The translations under genes and the position numbers were made by a program. From NCBI GenBank assembly GCA_963736185.1, contig CAVTNZ010000011.1, positions 4,912 to 68,911 of the forward strand: DNA of 64,000 nt, given 5' to 3'. Origin of the DNA: an uncultured Gammaproteobacteria bacterium. Its GTDB lineage: Bacteria > Pseudomonadota > Gammaproteobacteria > Steroidobacterales > Steroidobacteraceae. How positions within the stretch are numbered: position 1 is the stretch's first letter; every line of letters starts with the position of its first letter. Of the stretch, positions 8,884-18,833 are shown in pieces. A model generated the notes under the pieces. The model had not been told where the DNA came from. It worked only from the letters and a program-made list of their open reading frames with translations, and searched no databases.

Positions 8884-10260
8884 TCACGCCGGACGCGCAC
8901 GATCGGCGTACGGGAACCACCAGGGCTTGCGTTCGACGGCTTGCGCCATCTCGACGTGCTTTTCCCCGGGCAAATCGCCCCGGGCGATGCCGAGCGCATG
9001 GCGGATGCCCGGGTGGCGCAGCCCGCTGAACGGGCCCAGGCCGCCCACCGTCGGATCGTTGATTCGGAAAAAACCCCGGGCCATCGCCCGCACCACGCGG
9101 CAGGCAGCCTGCGGATCGGTCGTATGGATCGAGGCGATGGGCGGCGAGTCGAGCGGCGGCGCATCGAATTCGGCGCAGAGGCGCACTGCCTCCGCGAGGT
9201 CGGAAACCGGCGTGACCGTACACACCGGCCCGAGAAGCTGCTCCCGCATCGGAACGCTGCCCGCCGGCACGTCCGTCAAGATCGTGGGCTGAAAGAAATG
9301 TCCGGGCAGCCCGGACGGCCGAAACCGCCGGCCGCCCAGAATGAGCTTCGCCCCCGCGCGCAGCGTCCGACCCACCTGATCTTCCAGCTTTCGTGCCGCC
9401 TCGACCGAGATCAACGGTCCGAGATCGGTCGATGATCTGGCCGGATCGTCCACATCGAAAAATCCCACGCATTGATGCAGCCGGTCGACGAACTCCCGGG
9501 CCACGGAGCGCTCGACATAGATGTGGCCGCCCGGCAGGCAGCCCTGCCCCCCGCCCACGAGGCGGCTCCATGCGACCGCCGGCACGGTCAGGTCGAGATC
9601 CGCATCCTGGCAGATGATTTGTGCGCCGACCCTTCCGACTTCAAGCTCGAGACGTTTGTCCCGGGCGGCGGCCGCGATTTCGATGCCCGCTGCGCTCGAT
9701 CCCGTGAACAGGATCGCTCCGACACCCGGATGGGCAACCAGCGCCCCTCCCACGGCCGCTCCGCCGGTCACGACGGATACGAGCCCGTCGGGCAGCCCAT
9801 CGAATTCGCGCGCGAGCGCCAGACAGGTCAACGGGTTTTGCAGCGGAGGTTTGCAAATCACACCCTGGCCGGCCGCCAGCGCGCGGGCGACGGCCGCGCC
9901 CATCACCGGCAGCGGCAGGTCGAAGGGCAGCAATACGGCGGTCACGCCCACGGCATCGGCGACGGCGCAGTCGCGCGCAAGAACATCGAAGCTCGTCGCG
10001 ACCGCGTGCACGCAGTCCAGAGATTCGCAGCGCGCCAAGCCGCTCTCGCGCGTGGAGAGGTCGGCCAGTTCCCCGGCCCGGGCGCCGATGCGGCCGGCGA
10101 TCCCCTTCAACGAGGCTGCGCGCTGCGCGGCCGGCGCAGCCCGCCACGCGCCCGCGGCAGCCCGGGCGGCAGCCACGGCCTGCTCGAGCGCCTCGGCGCC
10201 CGACTCGGGGACCTCCCCCAGCGGAGCCAAAGTTGCTGGATTCGTGATCATCTGAGACAT
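8884..10260 (-). CDS. divergent aldehyde dehydrogenase superfamily protein
   Basis: 458 aa with ALDH landmarks: FTGSSAAG, LELEVGRVG (where ELGGK is usual), GGGQGCLPG (catalytic Cys region) and EQLLGPV. It ends 51 nt upstream of soxB on the same strand. Confidence 0.72.
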   Translation of the reverse strand: MSQMITNPATLAPLGEVPESGAEALEQAVAAARAAAGAWRAAPAAQRAASLKGIAGRIGARAGELADLSTRESGLARCESLDCVHAVATSFDVLARDCAVADAVGVTAVLLPFDLPLPVMGAAVARALAAGQGVICKPPLQNPLTCLALAREFDGLPDGLVSVVTGGAAVGGALVAHPGVGAILFTGSSAAGIEIAAAARDKRLELEVGRVGAQIICQDADLDLTVPAVAWSRLVGGGQGCLPGGHIYVERSVAREFVDRLHQCVGFFDVDDPARSSTDLGPLISVEAARKLEDQVGRTLRAGAKLILGGRRFRPSGLPGHFFQPTILTDVPAGSVPMREQLLGPVCTVTPVSDLAEAVRLCAEFDAPPLDSPPIASIHTTDPQAACRVVRAMARGFFRINDPTVGGLGPFSGLRHPGIRHALGIARGDLPGEKHVEMAQAVERKPWWFPYADRARPA

Positions 10261-10307
10261 GGTGCGGCACCCCCATCGCCGCTCGAACGCACGTATGATG
10301 CCCGACC

Positions 10308-10979
10308 GTGACCCGCTTCGACCAAATACGTCTCCGTGCGGCGGAAGCCGGCCTCGAGGTTCGCGGCGCGTTCCACCCGCAACCCGGGGAGCTCGGCGCC
10401 TCGGTCTCCGGGCCCGTCACGGTGGTGCTGCTTGGCTTCATCGGCGGCCGGCAATGGGAGCGCTTTGCGTCGGCTGCCGAGGCGCGCGATGGACTTCCGC
10501 ATCCGCTCGACCGCTGGTCGCGCCGGATGATCGGCTCGCTCGCGCGGGAATTCGACGCGCTGGATTTCTATCCGAGCGGAGCCCCGGCGGCCCCCGTGCC
10601 CTTCCAACGCCTGGCGCTTCGTTGCGAGCCGGTGCATCGGAGTCCGATCGGCCTGCTCATCCATCCCCGCTGGGGTTTGTGGCATGCGTATCGGGGCGCG
10701 CTCCTGTTGCCGCTCGCCATCGAGCTGCCGCCCTCCGCGCCGGGCGCCCATCCGTGCGAGAGCTGCCGGATGCGGCCGTGCCTGTCCTCCTGCCCGGTCG
10801 GCGCCTTTCGCCCGGGCACGTTCGAGCTCGATGCGTGCGTCGATCACGTGGCGAGCGATGCAGGACGGGACTGCCGGGAGCGCGGTTGCCTGGCGCGCCG
10901 CGCGTGCCCGGTCGGCGCGGAATTTCGGTATGGCGAGGATCAAGCGCGATTTCATATGCGGGCATTTCTGCAACCCTGA
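10308..10979 (+). CDS. putative iron-sulfur (4Fe-4S ferredoxin-type motif) protein, family uncertain
   Basis: 223 aa. The Cys clusters CESCRMRPCLSSCP and CRERGCLARRACP resemble ferredoxin-type cluster ligands. I recognise nothing in the N-terminal two thirds. Confidence 0.5.
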   Translation: MTRFDQIRLRAAEAGLEVRGAFHPQPGELGASVSGPVTVVLLGFIGGRQWERFASAAEARDGLPHPLDRWSRRMIGSLAREFDALDFYPSGAPAAPVPFQRLALRCEPVHRSPIGLLIHPRWGLWHAYRGALLLPLAIELPPSAPGAHPCESCRMRPCLSSCPVGAFRPGTFELDACVDHVASDAGRDCRERGCLARRACPVGAEFRYGEDQARFHMRAFLQP

Positions 10980-11009
10980 CCCGCGAGCCCCGCCGAAAGG
11001 CGCGCACGG

Positions 11010-11987
11010 TCAGCTCCGGGGGCGGATGGCGTGCGCCTTTTTCAGCAGCGCCTCGGCCATGCGGATGCTGGCGTAATCGATCAGCCGGCCGTCGAGCGAC
11101 ACCGCCCCGCGTCCCTCCCGCGCCGCCTCGGCCATCGCCTCCATGATGCGTCCGGCCTTGGTCAATTCGGCATCGGACGGGGTGAACACCTCGTTGCACA
11201 GCGCGATCTGCGAGGGATGGATGGCCCATTTGCCCTCGTAGCCGAGCACCGCCGCGCGGTTGGCGGCGGCCCGAAACCCGTCGGGATCGCCGAAATCGCC
11301 GAACGGACCGTCGATGGGTCGAAGCCCGTAGGCCCGGCAGGCCACCATCATCCGCGTTTGTGCCGCATGCCAGGGATCGGTCCAGTGATACTCCCGCCTG
11401 CCGTCCGGGCCCTTGTCGGTGAGCACGCCCGAGTCGCGATTGACGCCGCCGATGACGGTGGTGCGCGCGCGCGTCGATGCCGCATAATCCGCCACGCCGA
11501 AGGACATCGCCTCCAGCCGCCTGCTCGATTGCGCGATGGCCTCGACGTTCGCCATTCCGAGGGCGGTCTCGATCAGCACCTCGAAGCCGATCCGTTTGGT
11601 GCGCTTCATCGCCGTCTCGATTTGCGTGACCATCATGTCGACCGCGTACACGTCGGCGGCCACGCCCGTCTTCGGTATCAGGATCATGTCGAGCCGCGGA
11701 CAGGCCTCGACTATCTCCACCACGTCGCGGTACATATAGTGGGTGTCGAGACCGTTGATGCGGACCATCATGGTCTTCGATCCCCAATCGATCTCGTTGA
11801 GCCCCTGGACGATGTTCCTGCGCGCCTGCGCCTTGTCGTCCGGCGCGACCGCGTCCTCGACATCGAGGAACACGATGTCGGCGGCCGATTTCGCGGCCTT
11901 CTCGAACATGGCGGTGTTCGAACCGGGGACGGCGAGCTCCGAGCGCTGAAGGCGCGAGGTGGCTGGCTCGATGGTGGTGAAGCTCAT
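11010..11987 (-). CDS. mclA: malyl-CoA lyase (L-malyl-CoA/beta-methylmalyl-CoA lyase)
   Basis: 325 aa. It resembles Methylobacterium MclA, as I recall it, along nearly its full length: RSELAVPGSN, FLDVEDAVAPDDK, MMVRINGLDTHYMYRDVVEIVEACPRLDMILIPK, GKWAIHPSQI. HpcH/CitE fold. Confidence 0.88.
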   Translation of the reverse strand: MSFTTIEPATSRLQRSELAVPGSNTAMFEKAAKSAADIVFLDVEDAVAPDDKAQARRNIVQGLNEIDWGSKTMMVRINGLDTHYMYRDVVEIVEACPRLDMILIPKTGVAADVYAVDMMVTQIETAMKRTKRIGFEVLIETALGMANVEAIAQSSRRLEAMSFGVADYAASTRARTTVIGGVNRDSGVLTDKGPDGRREYHWTDPWHAAQTRMMVACRAYGLRPIDGPFGDFGDPDGFRAAANRAAVLGYEGKWAIHPSQIALCNEVFTPSDAELTKAGRIMEAMAEAAREGRGAVSLDGRLIDYASIRMAEALLKKAHAIRPRS

Positions 11988-12014
11988 GATTTCTCCGTTG
12001 ATGATGGCTTGCGG

Positions 12015-14717
12015 TTATCCGGTCGCCCCGAAACCCGCCGCGGCGCAGTTGATCGACATGAGGAGCGCGACCCGCAGCTCCTCGCTGCTTCGCGCGCGAT
12101 GAGCCCGGAGCAGATGCACCTGCTCGCGGCTGACCTCGTTCAACGTCTTCAGGCGGCGGGTCAGGCGGCGCCTGAACTGCGGAAAGCGCTCGGCGATGCA
12201 CGCGCCCCCGGAAATGCGCAGGATCATCTCCGAGGTCAGCCGGTACTCCTGCTCGACCTGTGCGAAAATCGGTTCGCGCACCCCCTCGTCCTCGACGAGG
12301 CCCGAGTATTCGCGCGCGATCGCGAGATCGACCTGCGACAGCGTGCGCTCCACATCGTCGAGGATCAGCCGGAAGAGCCGCGCCTCGCGGAACATGCGCC
12401 TGAGCAGCTCGAGCCCGCGCTCCTTGCGCACGTCCAAAAAGGCCTTGATTCCGCTGCCCACGCCGTACCAGCCGGAGAGCATGTGCCGGTTCTGGGTCCA
12501 GGCGAACACCCAGGGGATCGCGCGAAGATCGGCCAGCGTTCTTGCCTGGGTGCGCCGTGCCGGACGCGAGCCGATGTTCAGCATCGCGAGCTCCTCCAGG
12601 GGGCTCGATGCCTGCAGATACTCGAGCATCGTCGGCATCTCCATCAGCCTACGGTACGCCGACCAGGCCGCGCCCGACAGCGCCTCCATGGCTTCGTGGA
12701 ACTCGTGCACCGGAACGAGCGCCGCATCGCGCTCCGAACGCAGCACGTGCTCCACCACCGATGCCCCCAGCAGCTCGATCTGATACGCCGCGGTGCCGCG
12801 ATTGGCGTACTTGAAGGAGACGACCTCGCCCTGCTCGGTGACGCGAAACTGACCGCGGATCGACCCGGCCGGCGAGGCCGCGATCGCGCGCCCCGCGGGT
12901 GCGCCCCCGCGGCTCACGGAGCCGCCCCTGCCGTGAAAGAAGGCGATGGTCACGCCGAGCTCGCGGCCGAGCCGGGTGAGCGTGCTCTGCGCTTTCGCAA
13001 GCTCCCAATGCGCGGTGAAGTATCCGCCGTCCTTGTTGGAATCCGAATAGCCGATCATGACCTCCTGGATTTTCCCCTGCACGTACAGGCTCCGCTGCAC
13101 CAGCGGCACGGCCAGCAGCTCCTTGAGAATGGGCGCGGCCCGGCGCAGATCGGGAATGGTCTCGAGCAGCGGCACGATCGGCAGGGTGCAGCGCTCGACC
13201 GCGAGCGTGTCGGCGAACAGGCCGCCCTCCTTGGCGAGCAGATAAACCCCGAGGATGTCCGCCGCGCTTCGCGTCATGCTGAGGATCAACGCGCCGAACG
13301 CCTCGCGATCGATCTCGCCACGCATGCGCGCGATGGTTCGGAAGGTCTCCAGCGTTTCCGCCGCGTCGGGGGGCAGCCCGACGTAGCGCTGGAGCTCGGT
13401 GCGCGGCGCGGCCAGTTCGGAGCGCAGCCATGTCTTCCATTCCTCCGACTCCGGCTGCGGCGGCTCCGCGCCTGCATGGCGGAGACGAAACATGGCGGCG
13501 AGCGTCTGGTTGACCCGCATGCTGTTCTCGCGCACGTCCAGCCGCACCGTGCTGAACCGGAAGATGCCGACCTCGCGGCGCAGCGGCAGGAGCAGCGCAT
13601 CGGCCAGCCGCCCGGCGCCGGCGGTCCCGAGTGCGCCGCGCATGAGATCGATATCCTCGATCAGCCGGTCGGCGTTCGCGTAGCCGGGATCATCCCCGAC
13701 GAGCGGCTGCGGCCCCGCGGACTCGGCTCGGGCGATGGTGAGGTCGAGCTTCGCCATCATGCAGCCGACGAACTGGCGGAAACTCTCCCCGCGGTTGCGC
13801 GCCGCGGCGGCCCGGCCGTGCGGCAGGGACTCGATGGCGTGCGCAACCGCGCGTCGGAACGACTCGGGAAGCTCGAGTGCCCGGTCCTCGATGCTCAGAT
13901 TGCGCACGAGATCCAGCAGACGGCCGCGATAGCGCCTGAGACTCGCGAGCCGCGTGGCCCGCAGGGCGCTCCGCGTCACCTCGCTGGTGACATAGGGGTT
14001 GCCGTCCCGATCGCCGCCTATCCAGGAGCCGAACTGGAAAAAAGAGGGGACGTCGAACTCCTCGCCCGGAAACTGCTTGGCGAAGGCCCGCGCCACCTTG
14101 CCGAGGAGCTGAGGCGCCACGTCGAAGAGATTCTCGTTGAAAAAATACAGGCCCCAGGCGACCTCCTGCTCGACCGTCGGCTTCTCGAGCTTCAGCTCCC
14201 CCGTGAGCCACAGAAGCTCGATCTCCTCCGCCAGCGTCTCGATCAACTCCTGGCGCTCGCGGTCCGTCCATCGCGGGGATTCGAGCTCCAGCAGCCGCAG
14301 GTAGATTCGCCGATGACGCTCGAGCACGGTGACCCGTTTGGCCTCGGTCGGATGCGCGGTGATCACGGGACGCACCTTCAGATCGGTCAGAGCCCGCCGC
14401 ACGTCGTCGGCGCTCAAGCCCTCCGCGGCGGCCGCCGCGAACACGCTCGCGAAGGTCCCCCGCACCTGCTCATGGCCGCGCTCGCGCTCGACCTCGCGCC
14501 GATTGCGCATGTCGCGATTCTGTTCGGCAATCGACAGCAGCTGGAACCAGATGCCCTGCGCCTGAAGCGTGCGCGCCAGCAGCTCCGCGGGCATCCCCGC
14601 GGTGGTCCGATCGCCCCTCAGCACCGCGGCAACCCCGGGCTCATGGCGCTCGACCACCTCGATCAGAAGGTCGAACAGCAATTCCGCCCGCGAGAAGCCG
14701 CCGGGCGCCTCGCGCAT
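12015..14717 (-). CDS. ppc: phosphoenolpyruvate carboxylase
   Basis: 900 aa with the PEPC signatures VITAHPTEAKR and FFHGRGGSVSRGGAP. Confidence 0.9.
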   Translation of the reverse strand: MREAPGGFSRAELLFDLLIEVVERHEPGVAAVLRGDRTTAGMPAELLARTLQAQGIWFQLLSIAEQNRDMRNRREVERERGHEQVRGTFASVFAAAAAEGLSADDVRRALTDLKVRPVITAHPTEAKRVTVLERHRRIYLRLLELESPRWTDRERQELIETLAEEIELLWLTGELKLEKPTVEQEVAWGLYFFNENLFDVAPQLLGKVARAFAKQFPGEEFDVPSFFQFGSWIGGDRDGNPYVTSEVTRSALRATRLASLRRYRGRLLDLVRNLSIEDRALELPESFRRAVAHAIESLPHGRAAAARNRGESFRQFVGCMMAKLDLTIARAESAGPQPLVGDDPGYANADRLIEDIDLMRGALGTAGAGRLADALLLPLRREVGIFRFSTVRLDVRENSMRVNQTLAAMFRLRHAGAEPPQPESEEWKTWLRSELAAPRTELQRYVGLPPDAAETLETFRTIARMRGEIDREAFGALILSMTRSAADILGVYLLAKEGGLFADTLAVERCTLPIVPLLETIPDLRRAAPILKELLAVPLVQRSLYVQGKIQEVMIGYSDSNKDGGYFTAHWELAKAQSTLTRLGRELGVTIAFFHGRGGSVSRGGAPAGRAIAASPAGSIRGQFRVTEQGEVVSFKYANRGTAAYQIELLGASVVEHVLRSERDAALVPVHEFHEAMEALSGAAWSAYRRLMEMPTMLEYLQASSPLEELAMLNIGSRPARRTQARTLADLRAIPWVFAWTQNRHMLSGWYGVGSGIKAFLDVRKERGLELLRRMFREARLFRLILDDVERTLSQVDLAIAREYSGLVEDEGVREPIFAQVEQEYRLTSEMILRISGGACIAERFPQFRRRLTRRLKTLNEVSREQVHLLRAHRARSSEELRVALLMSINCAAAGFGATG

Positions 14718-14721
14718 CGGC

Positions 14722-15612
14722 TCACCGTCCCCTGGCGAGGGCGAGCGCGACCGTGGCGCCGAGTTCGGCCGCGCTGGGGGCGACGAGCAGCCCGTAGGAT
14801 TTCATGATCTCGGACTTTTCCGCCGCACTGTCCCCCTCGGCGGAGATGATCGCGCCCGCGTGCCCCATGCGCCGCCCTTTCGGCGCGGTGAGGCCGGCGA
14901 CATAGCCGACCACGGGCTTGGTCATGTTCTCCTTGACCCATTTGGCCGCTTCCGACTCCTGCGGGCCGCCGATCTCGCCGATCATGACCACGGCCTCGGT
15001 CTCCGGATCCTGCTCGAACAGCCGCAGGTGATCCAGAAACGAGCTGCCGTTGATCGGATCGCCGCCGATGCCGACGCTCGTGGTGATGCCGATGCCGAGC
15101 GCCTTCATTTGGGCGCCCGCTTCGTAGCCCAAAGTGCCGGACCGGGACACCACGCCCACGTTGCCGCGCACGTAAATGTTGCTCGGCATGATGCCGAGCA
15201 TCGCCTTGCCGGCGCTGATGATGCCCGCGCAATTCGGCCCGACGATGGTGGTGCGCGCGTCTTTCGGATAGCGCCGCAGATAGCGTTTGACGCGCATCAT
15301 GTCCTGCGCCGGAATGCCGTCGGTGATGATGCACACCAGTCGAAGACCGGCGTCGGCCGCCTCCATCAACGCATCCGCAGCGTAGGGCGGCGGCACGAAC
15401 GCGAGGCTGGCCTCGGCGCCGGTCTCCCGGACCGCATCCTTGACCGTGTTGAATACGGGCCGGTTCAGATGGCTCTGGCCGCCTTTCCCGGGCGTCACTC
15501 CGCCGACCACCCGGGTGCCGTACGCAATCATTTCGCTGGCATGGAAGGTCGCCTTGTCGCCGGTGAATCCCTGCACGATGACGCGCGTGCTCTCGTCGAT
15601 GAGTATGCTCAT
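14722..15612 (-). CDS. mtkB: malate--CoA ligase (malate thiokinase) alpha/small subunit
   Basis: Last 296 codons of ORF 14722-16224, with the start at MSILIDEST (ATG 15612-15610, ATGA overlap with the mtkA stop). Succinyl-CoA-ligase-alpha-like ([16 protein letters not shown]). Called Mtk rather than SucD because of the mtkA-mtkB-ppc-mclA order and the separate sucAB cluster elsewhere. Confidence 0.8.
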   Translation of the reverse strand: MSILIDESTRVIVQGFTGDKATFHASEMIAYGTRVVGGVTPGKGGQSHLNRPVFNTVKDAVRETGAEASLAFVPPPYAADALMEAADAGLRLVCIITDGIPAQDMMRVKRYLRRYPKDARTTIVGPNCAGIISAGKAMLGIMPSNIYVRGNVGVVSRSGTLGYEAGAQMKALGIGITTSVGIGGDPINGSSFLDHLRLFEQDPETEAVVMIGEIGGPQESEAAKWVKENMTKPVVGYVAGLTAPKGRRMGHAGAIISAEGDSAAEKSEIMKSYGLLVAPSAAELGATVALALARGR

Positions 15613-16772
15613 GCCGGCCCCCGGGACGCCGCGACCGCTTTGTGAGCGGCCTCCGCCAGGGTGTCGGCCGAGACGATGGGCAGCCCGCACCCGGCGATGA
15701 TGCGCCGGCCCTCCTCGACGTTGGTGCCGGCGAGACGCACGACCAGCGGCACCCTGAGCCCCTTCGCCGCCTGCACGACTCCCTGCGCCACCCAGTCGCA
15801 GCGGTTGATACCGGCGAAAATGTTCACCAGGATCGCCTTGACGTTGTGGTCGGAGAGCACGAGATTGAACGCCGCGGCCACGCGCTCGGGCGATGCACCG
15901 CCGCCGACGTCCAGGAAATTGGCGGGCTCGCCGCCCGCGTGTTTGATCATGTCCATGGTCGCCATCGCCAGACCCGCGCCGTTGATGATGCAGCCGATGT
16001 CGCCGGTGAGCCCGACGTAGTTGAGCCCGAAATCCGCCGCCTGGGCCTCGCGCGGATCCTCCTCCGCCACATCGCGCATTTCGGTGACCTTGGCGCGGCG
16101 GAACATGGCGTTGTCGTCGAAGGACATCTTGGCGTCGAGCGCCAGCACACGATCGTCCTTGGTCACCACCATGGGATTGATCTCGACCATGGTCGCATCC
16201 AGATCGCGAAACGCGCGGTAGCACCCGAGAATCATGGTGACCGCCTGGCTGACCTGCTTGATGTTGAGGCCCATTCCGAACGCCAGTTCGCGCGCTTGAA
16301 ATGCCTGCAGTCCCACCGCAGGGTCCACCTGCTGCTGCAGAATGGTCTCCGGGCGGCTGGCGGCGATCTCCTCGATCTCGACGCCGCCCTCCGCCGAGGC
16401 GATCACGCGAATGCGCTCGATTTTCCGATCGAGCACGAACCCCAGGTACATCGCCCGCACGAAGGGCTCGGCCTTCTCGACATACAGGCGATGCACGGTT
16501 TTACCCCCGGGCCCGGTCTGATGGGTGACGAGCGTGGCGCCGAGCAGCGCCTTGGCGGCGGCCGCCACTTCCTGATAGGTGCGGCAGAGCTTGACGCCGC
16601 CCGCCTTGCCCCGCCCGCCCGCATGAATTTGCGCCTTGACGGCCCAATGCCACCCGCCCAGCTCGGTCGCCACGTAGACCGCCTGCTCCGCGCTGTACGC
16701 AACACCTCCCGGCGGTACGGCCACCCCGAAGCCGGACAGGAGTTCCTTCGCTTGATATTCGTGAATGTCCAT
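15609..16772 (-). CDS. mtkA: malate--CoA ligase (malate thiokinase) beta/large subunit
   Basis: ORF 15609-16829, with the start placed at [12 protein letters not shown] (frame arithmetic gives 16772; +/-1 nt). ATP-grasp SucC-like protein. The Mtk call rests on context. Confidence 0.8.
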   Translation of the reverse strand: MDIHEYQAKELLSGFGVAVPPGGVAYSAEQAVYVATELGGWHWAVKAQIHAGGRGKAGGVKLCRTYQEVAAAAKALLGATLVTHQTGPGGKTVHRLYVEKAEPFVRAMYLGFVLDRKIERIRVIASAEGGVEIEEIAASRPETILQQQVDPAVGLQAFQARELAFGMGLNIKQVSQAVTMILGCYRAFRDLDATMVEINPMVVTKDDRVLALDAKMSFDDNAMFRRAKVTEMRDVAEEDPREAQAADFGLNYVGLTGDIGCIINGAGLAMATMDMIKHAGGEPANFLDVGGGASPERVAAAFNLVLSDHNVKAILVNIFAGINRCDWVAQGVVQAAKGLRVPLVVRLAGTNVEEGRRIIAGCGLPIVSADTLAEAAHKAVAASRGPA

Positions 16773-16981
16773 GGATCCCTTGGTTCTTGTACGCCGCGCG
16801 AATGTGCCGGAAGCGCCCTGGACGCGCAAGTTGAGTGCGCATGTCGATCGATCAAAGGTCGATTCTACGAAGATATCGTAACCTATTTAATTGACGTTTT
16901 TCGTCCCTATGAGGACCGGTTCATATCTGATTGCGCATCGACCCGGCGCGCGGCCGAAGGAGTTTGTGGTAAAAGAATTCG

Positions 16982-17794
16982 ATGCATCGACACCCCGCTT
17001 CGCGACTTCGCACGACTTCAATCATCCTCCTGGGCGCCCTGGCGGCGTGGTGTGCCGGCGCTCGTGGAACCCTGCACACCCCCGGGCAAAAATCCGCCGA
17101 TCTGCCGCCGGACGCGGGCCCGGACGGTTACCGCCAGATCGTGCAGAACCAATGCGTGGTGAACTGGACGCAGCGTCAGAATCCAGCGCCCTGCGAGAAG
17201 GTGTTTCTGGCCGACGCGAACGCCGACAACTCCGGTTATGCCCTGCTCGCGGATCCCGACGGCGGCGCGCACTATCTGCTCATTCCCACCCAGACGATGA
17301 CCGGTACCGACAGCACGGAATTGCTCGACCCCAACCTCCCCAATTATTTTGCCGAGGCGTGGCACGCACGCGATCTGTTGGGGAAGTTCGTCGGCCATCC
17401 GGTGCCCAACACCGACGTGGGGCTGGCGGTGGCCACCGCGGCCACGCGCAAGCAGCACCAGTTCCACATCCACATCGAGTGCCTGAGGCCCGAGGCGGTC
17501 GCCTCGCTGAAGGCGGTGGCCGATACCCTCACCGATCGATGGACGCCGGTGACGGTGGCCGGCTTTCCCTTTCAGGCGATGCGGCTTTCGACCGCGGCAT
17601 TGGATGCGACGAACCCCTTCGATCTGGTGGCGAACCTCAGCCCGGACGCGCGTCACCACCTGGGAAGCTATACCGTGGTGGTCGCGGGCGCCCGGTACTC
17701 CGACGGGCCCGGATTCGTGGTGTTGACGGGTAACGGTCCGAGCGGCGATCTGCTCATGGATTCGGGCTGCATCGTGGCCGGCGGAGGCAGCTGA
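16982..17794 (+). CDS. cdh: CDP-diacylglycerol pyrophosphatase
   Basis: 270 aa with an N-terminal hydrophobic anchor/signal. SGYALLADP..HYLLIPT and QFHIHIECL fit the Cdh family. Confidence 0.78.
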   Translation: MHRHPASRLRTTSIILLGALAAWCAGARGTLHTPGQKSADLPPDAGPDGYRQIVQNQCVVNWTQRQNPAPCEKVFLADANADNSGYALLADPDGGAHYLLIPTQTMTGTDSTELLDPNLPNYFAEAWHARDLLGKFVGHPVPNTDVGLAVATAATRKQHQFHIHIECLRPEAVASLKAVADTLTDRWTPVTVAGFPFQAMRLSTAALDATNPFDLVANLSPDARHHLGSYTVVVAGARYSDGPGFVVLTGNGPSGDLLMDSGCIVAGGGS

Positions 17795-17802
17795 ACCTTC
17801 CC

Positions 17803-18651
17803 CTACGGGGCATCCCCCGCGCCGCGCCGCGCCGCGGCGGCTTTCGCCGCGCGCACGAAGACCCGGGGGTCGCCGAGCCGATCGCAAAGATCGGAAAATG
17901 ACGGCAACGGAGCGCTCCACCTCAACGTGTCGACATCGGCGAAAAGCGCCGCATCGACGCGAAGCGTCGCCAGATCCTTGAACTTCAGGGCAAGCTCGCG
18001 CCGCTCGCCGAGCACCTCCGCAGGGAAATCCTCGATCCTGCCGTAGCGGGTGAGCAGGCGGGCCGCCCCTTTGGCGCCTATTCCCGCGATGCCCGGATAG
18101 CCATCCGCGCTGTCGCCCACCAGCGCGAGATAATCGGGAATGAGCTCGGGATTCACGCCGAACTTGGCCCGCACGCCGTCGGCGTCACGGATGGACCTGC
18201 TCTTCCGATCGACCTGCACCACCCGCCCCGCGCGGACGCATTGCGCGAGATCCTTGTCCGGCGTCCAGATGCACACCTTCTGCACGCGCGAATCGCGCGC
18301 CGCGATCGCGGCGGCCGACGCCAGCGCGTCGTCCGCCTCGAGCTCCACCATCGGCCATACCACGACACCCATCGCAGCGAGCGCCTCCTCCAGGGACAGG
18401 AATTGGGCCTGCAGCGCGGGTTCGATGCCGTCGCCCGTCTTGTAGCCGCTCCACAGCCCGTTGCGGAACGACTCGATGACGTGGTCGGTGGCGACGCCGA
18501 GGTGGGTCGCCCCTTCTTCGATCATCTGCAGCACCCCGTTCAGCACTCCGACTACCGCCCCGGACGGGCGGTCCGCGCCCTTGGTGAAGCGGCGCAGGCC
18601 GTAAAAATGGCGGAACAGCTCATAGGTGCCGTCGATGAGATGGACGATCAT
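17803..18651 (-). CDS. 5'-3' exonuclease / flap endonuclease family protein
   Basis: 282 aa: MIVHLIDGTYELFRHFY, ELEADDALAS, TPDKDLAQC, and the H3TH motif GYPGIAGIGAKGAARLL. Confidence 0.8.
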   Translation of the reverse strand: MIVHLIDGTYELFRHFYGLRRFTKGADRPSGAVVGVLNGVLQMIEEGATHLGVATDHVIESFRNGLWSGYKTGDGIEPALQAQFLSLEEALAAMGVVVWPMVELEADDALASAAAIAARDSRVQKVCIWTPDKDLAQCVRAGRVVQVDRKSRSIRDADGVRAKFGVNPELIPDYLALVGDSADGYPGIAGIGAKGAARLLTRYGRIEDFPAEVLGERRELALKFKDLATLRVDAALFADVDTLRWSAPLPSFSDLCDRLGDPRVFVRAAKAAAARRGAGDAP

Positions 18652-18833
18652 GCCGCGAATTACATCACATCCCGCGCCGCGCGCGCCCGATGCGGGAAGT
18701 ACGGATGTTCCCGCGCGGCGGCTGATCGGAAAATGTGTTGAACATTCGTTGAATCGGGGATCGGGGCATGAAGATGATGGGTTTCTTTACGGCGGCGGCG
18801 CGAGCCGCGCGCGGCGGCTGAGGGCACACGCAA

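Noticed and set aside
7613-9571. 652-aa minus-strand ORF spanning soxB and the ALDH gene
   Set aside because: It is out of frame with two genes that carry clear motifs, and it crosses their intergenic gap. Its composition is Arg/Gly/Ala-rich nonsense.
11031-14807. 1258-aa plus-strand ORF, the longest in the track
   Set aside because: It lies antisense to mclA and ppc, which have strong family signatures. Its translation is Arg/Ala/Gly/Leu-rich low complexity with no motifs, a typical high-G+C shadow ORF.
16773-16981. Promoter or LysR (QscR-like) site in the mtkA/cdh divergent spacer, including a TTGACG hexamer
   Set aside because: I could not pair the -35-like hexamer with an acceptable -10 at proper spacing, and I found no clear T-N11-A palindrome.
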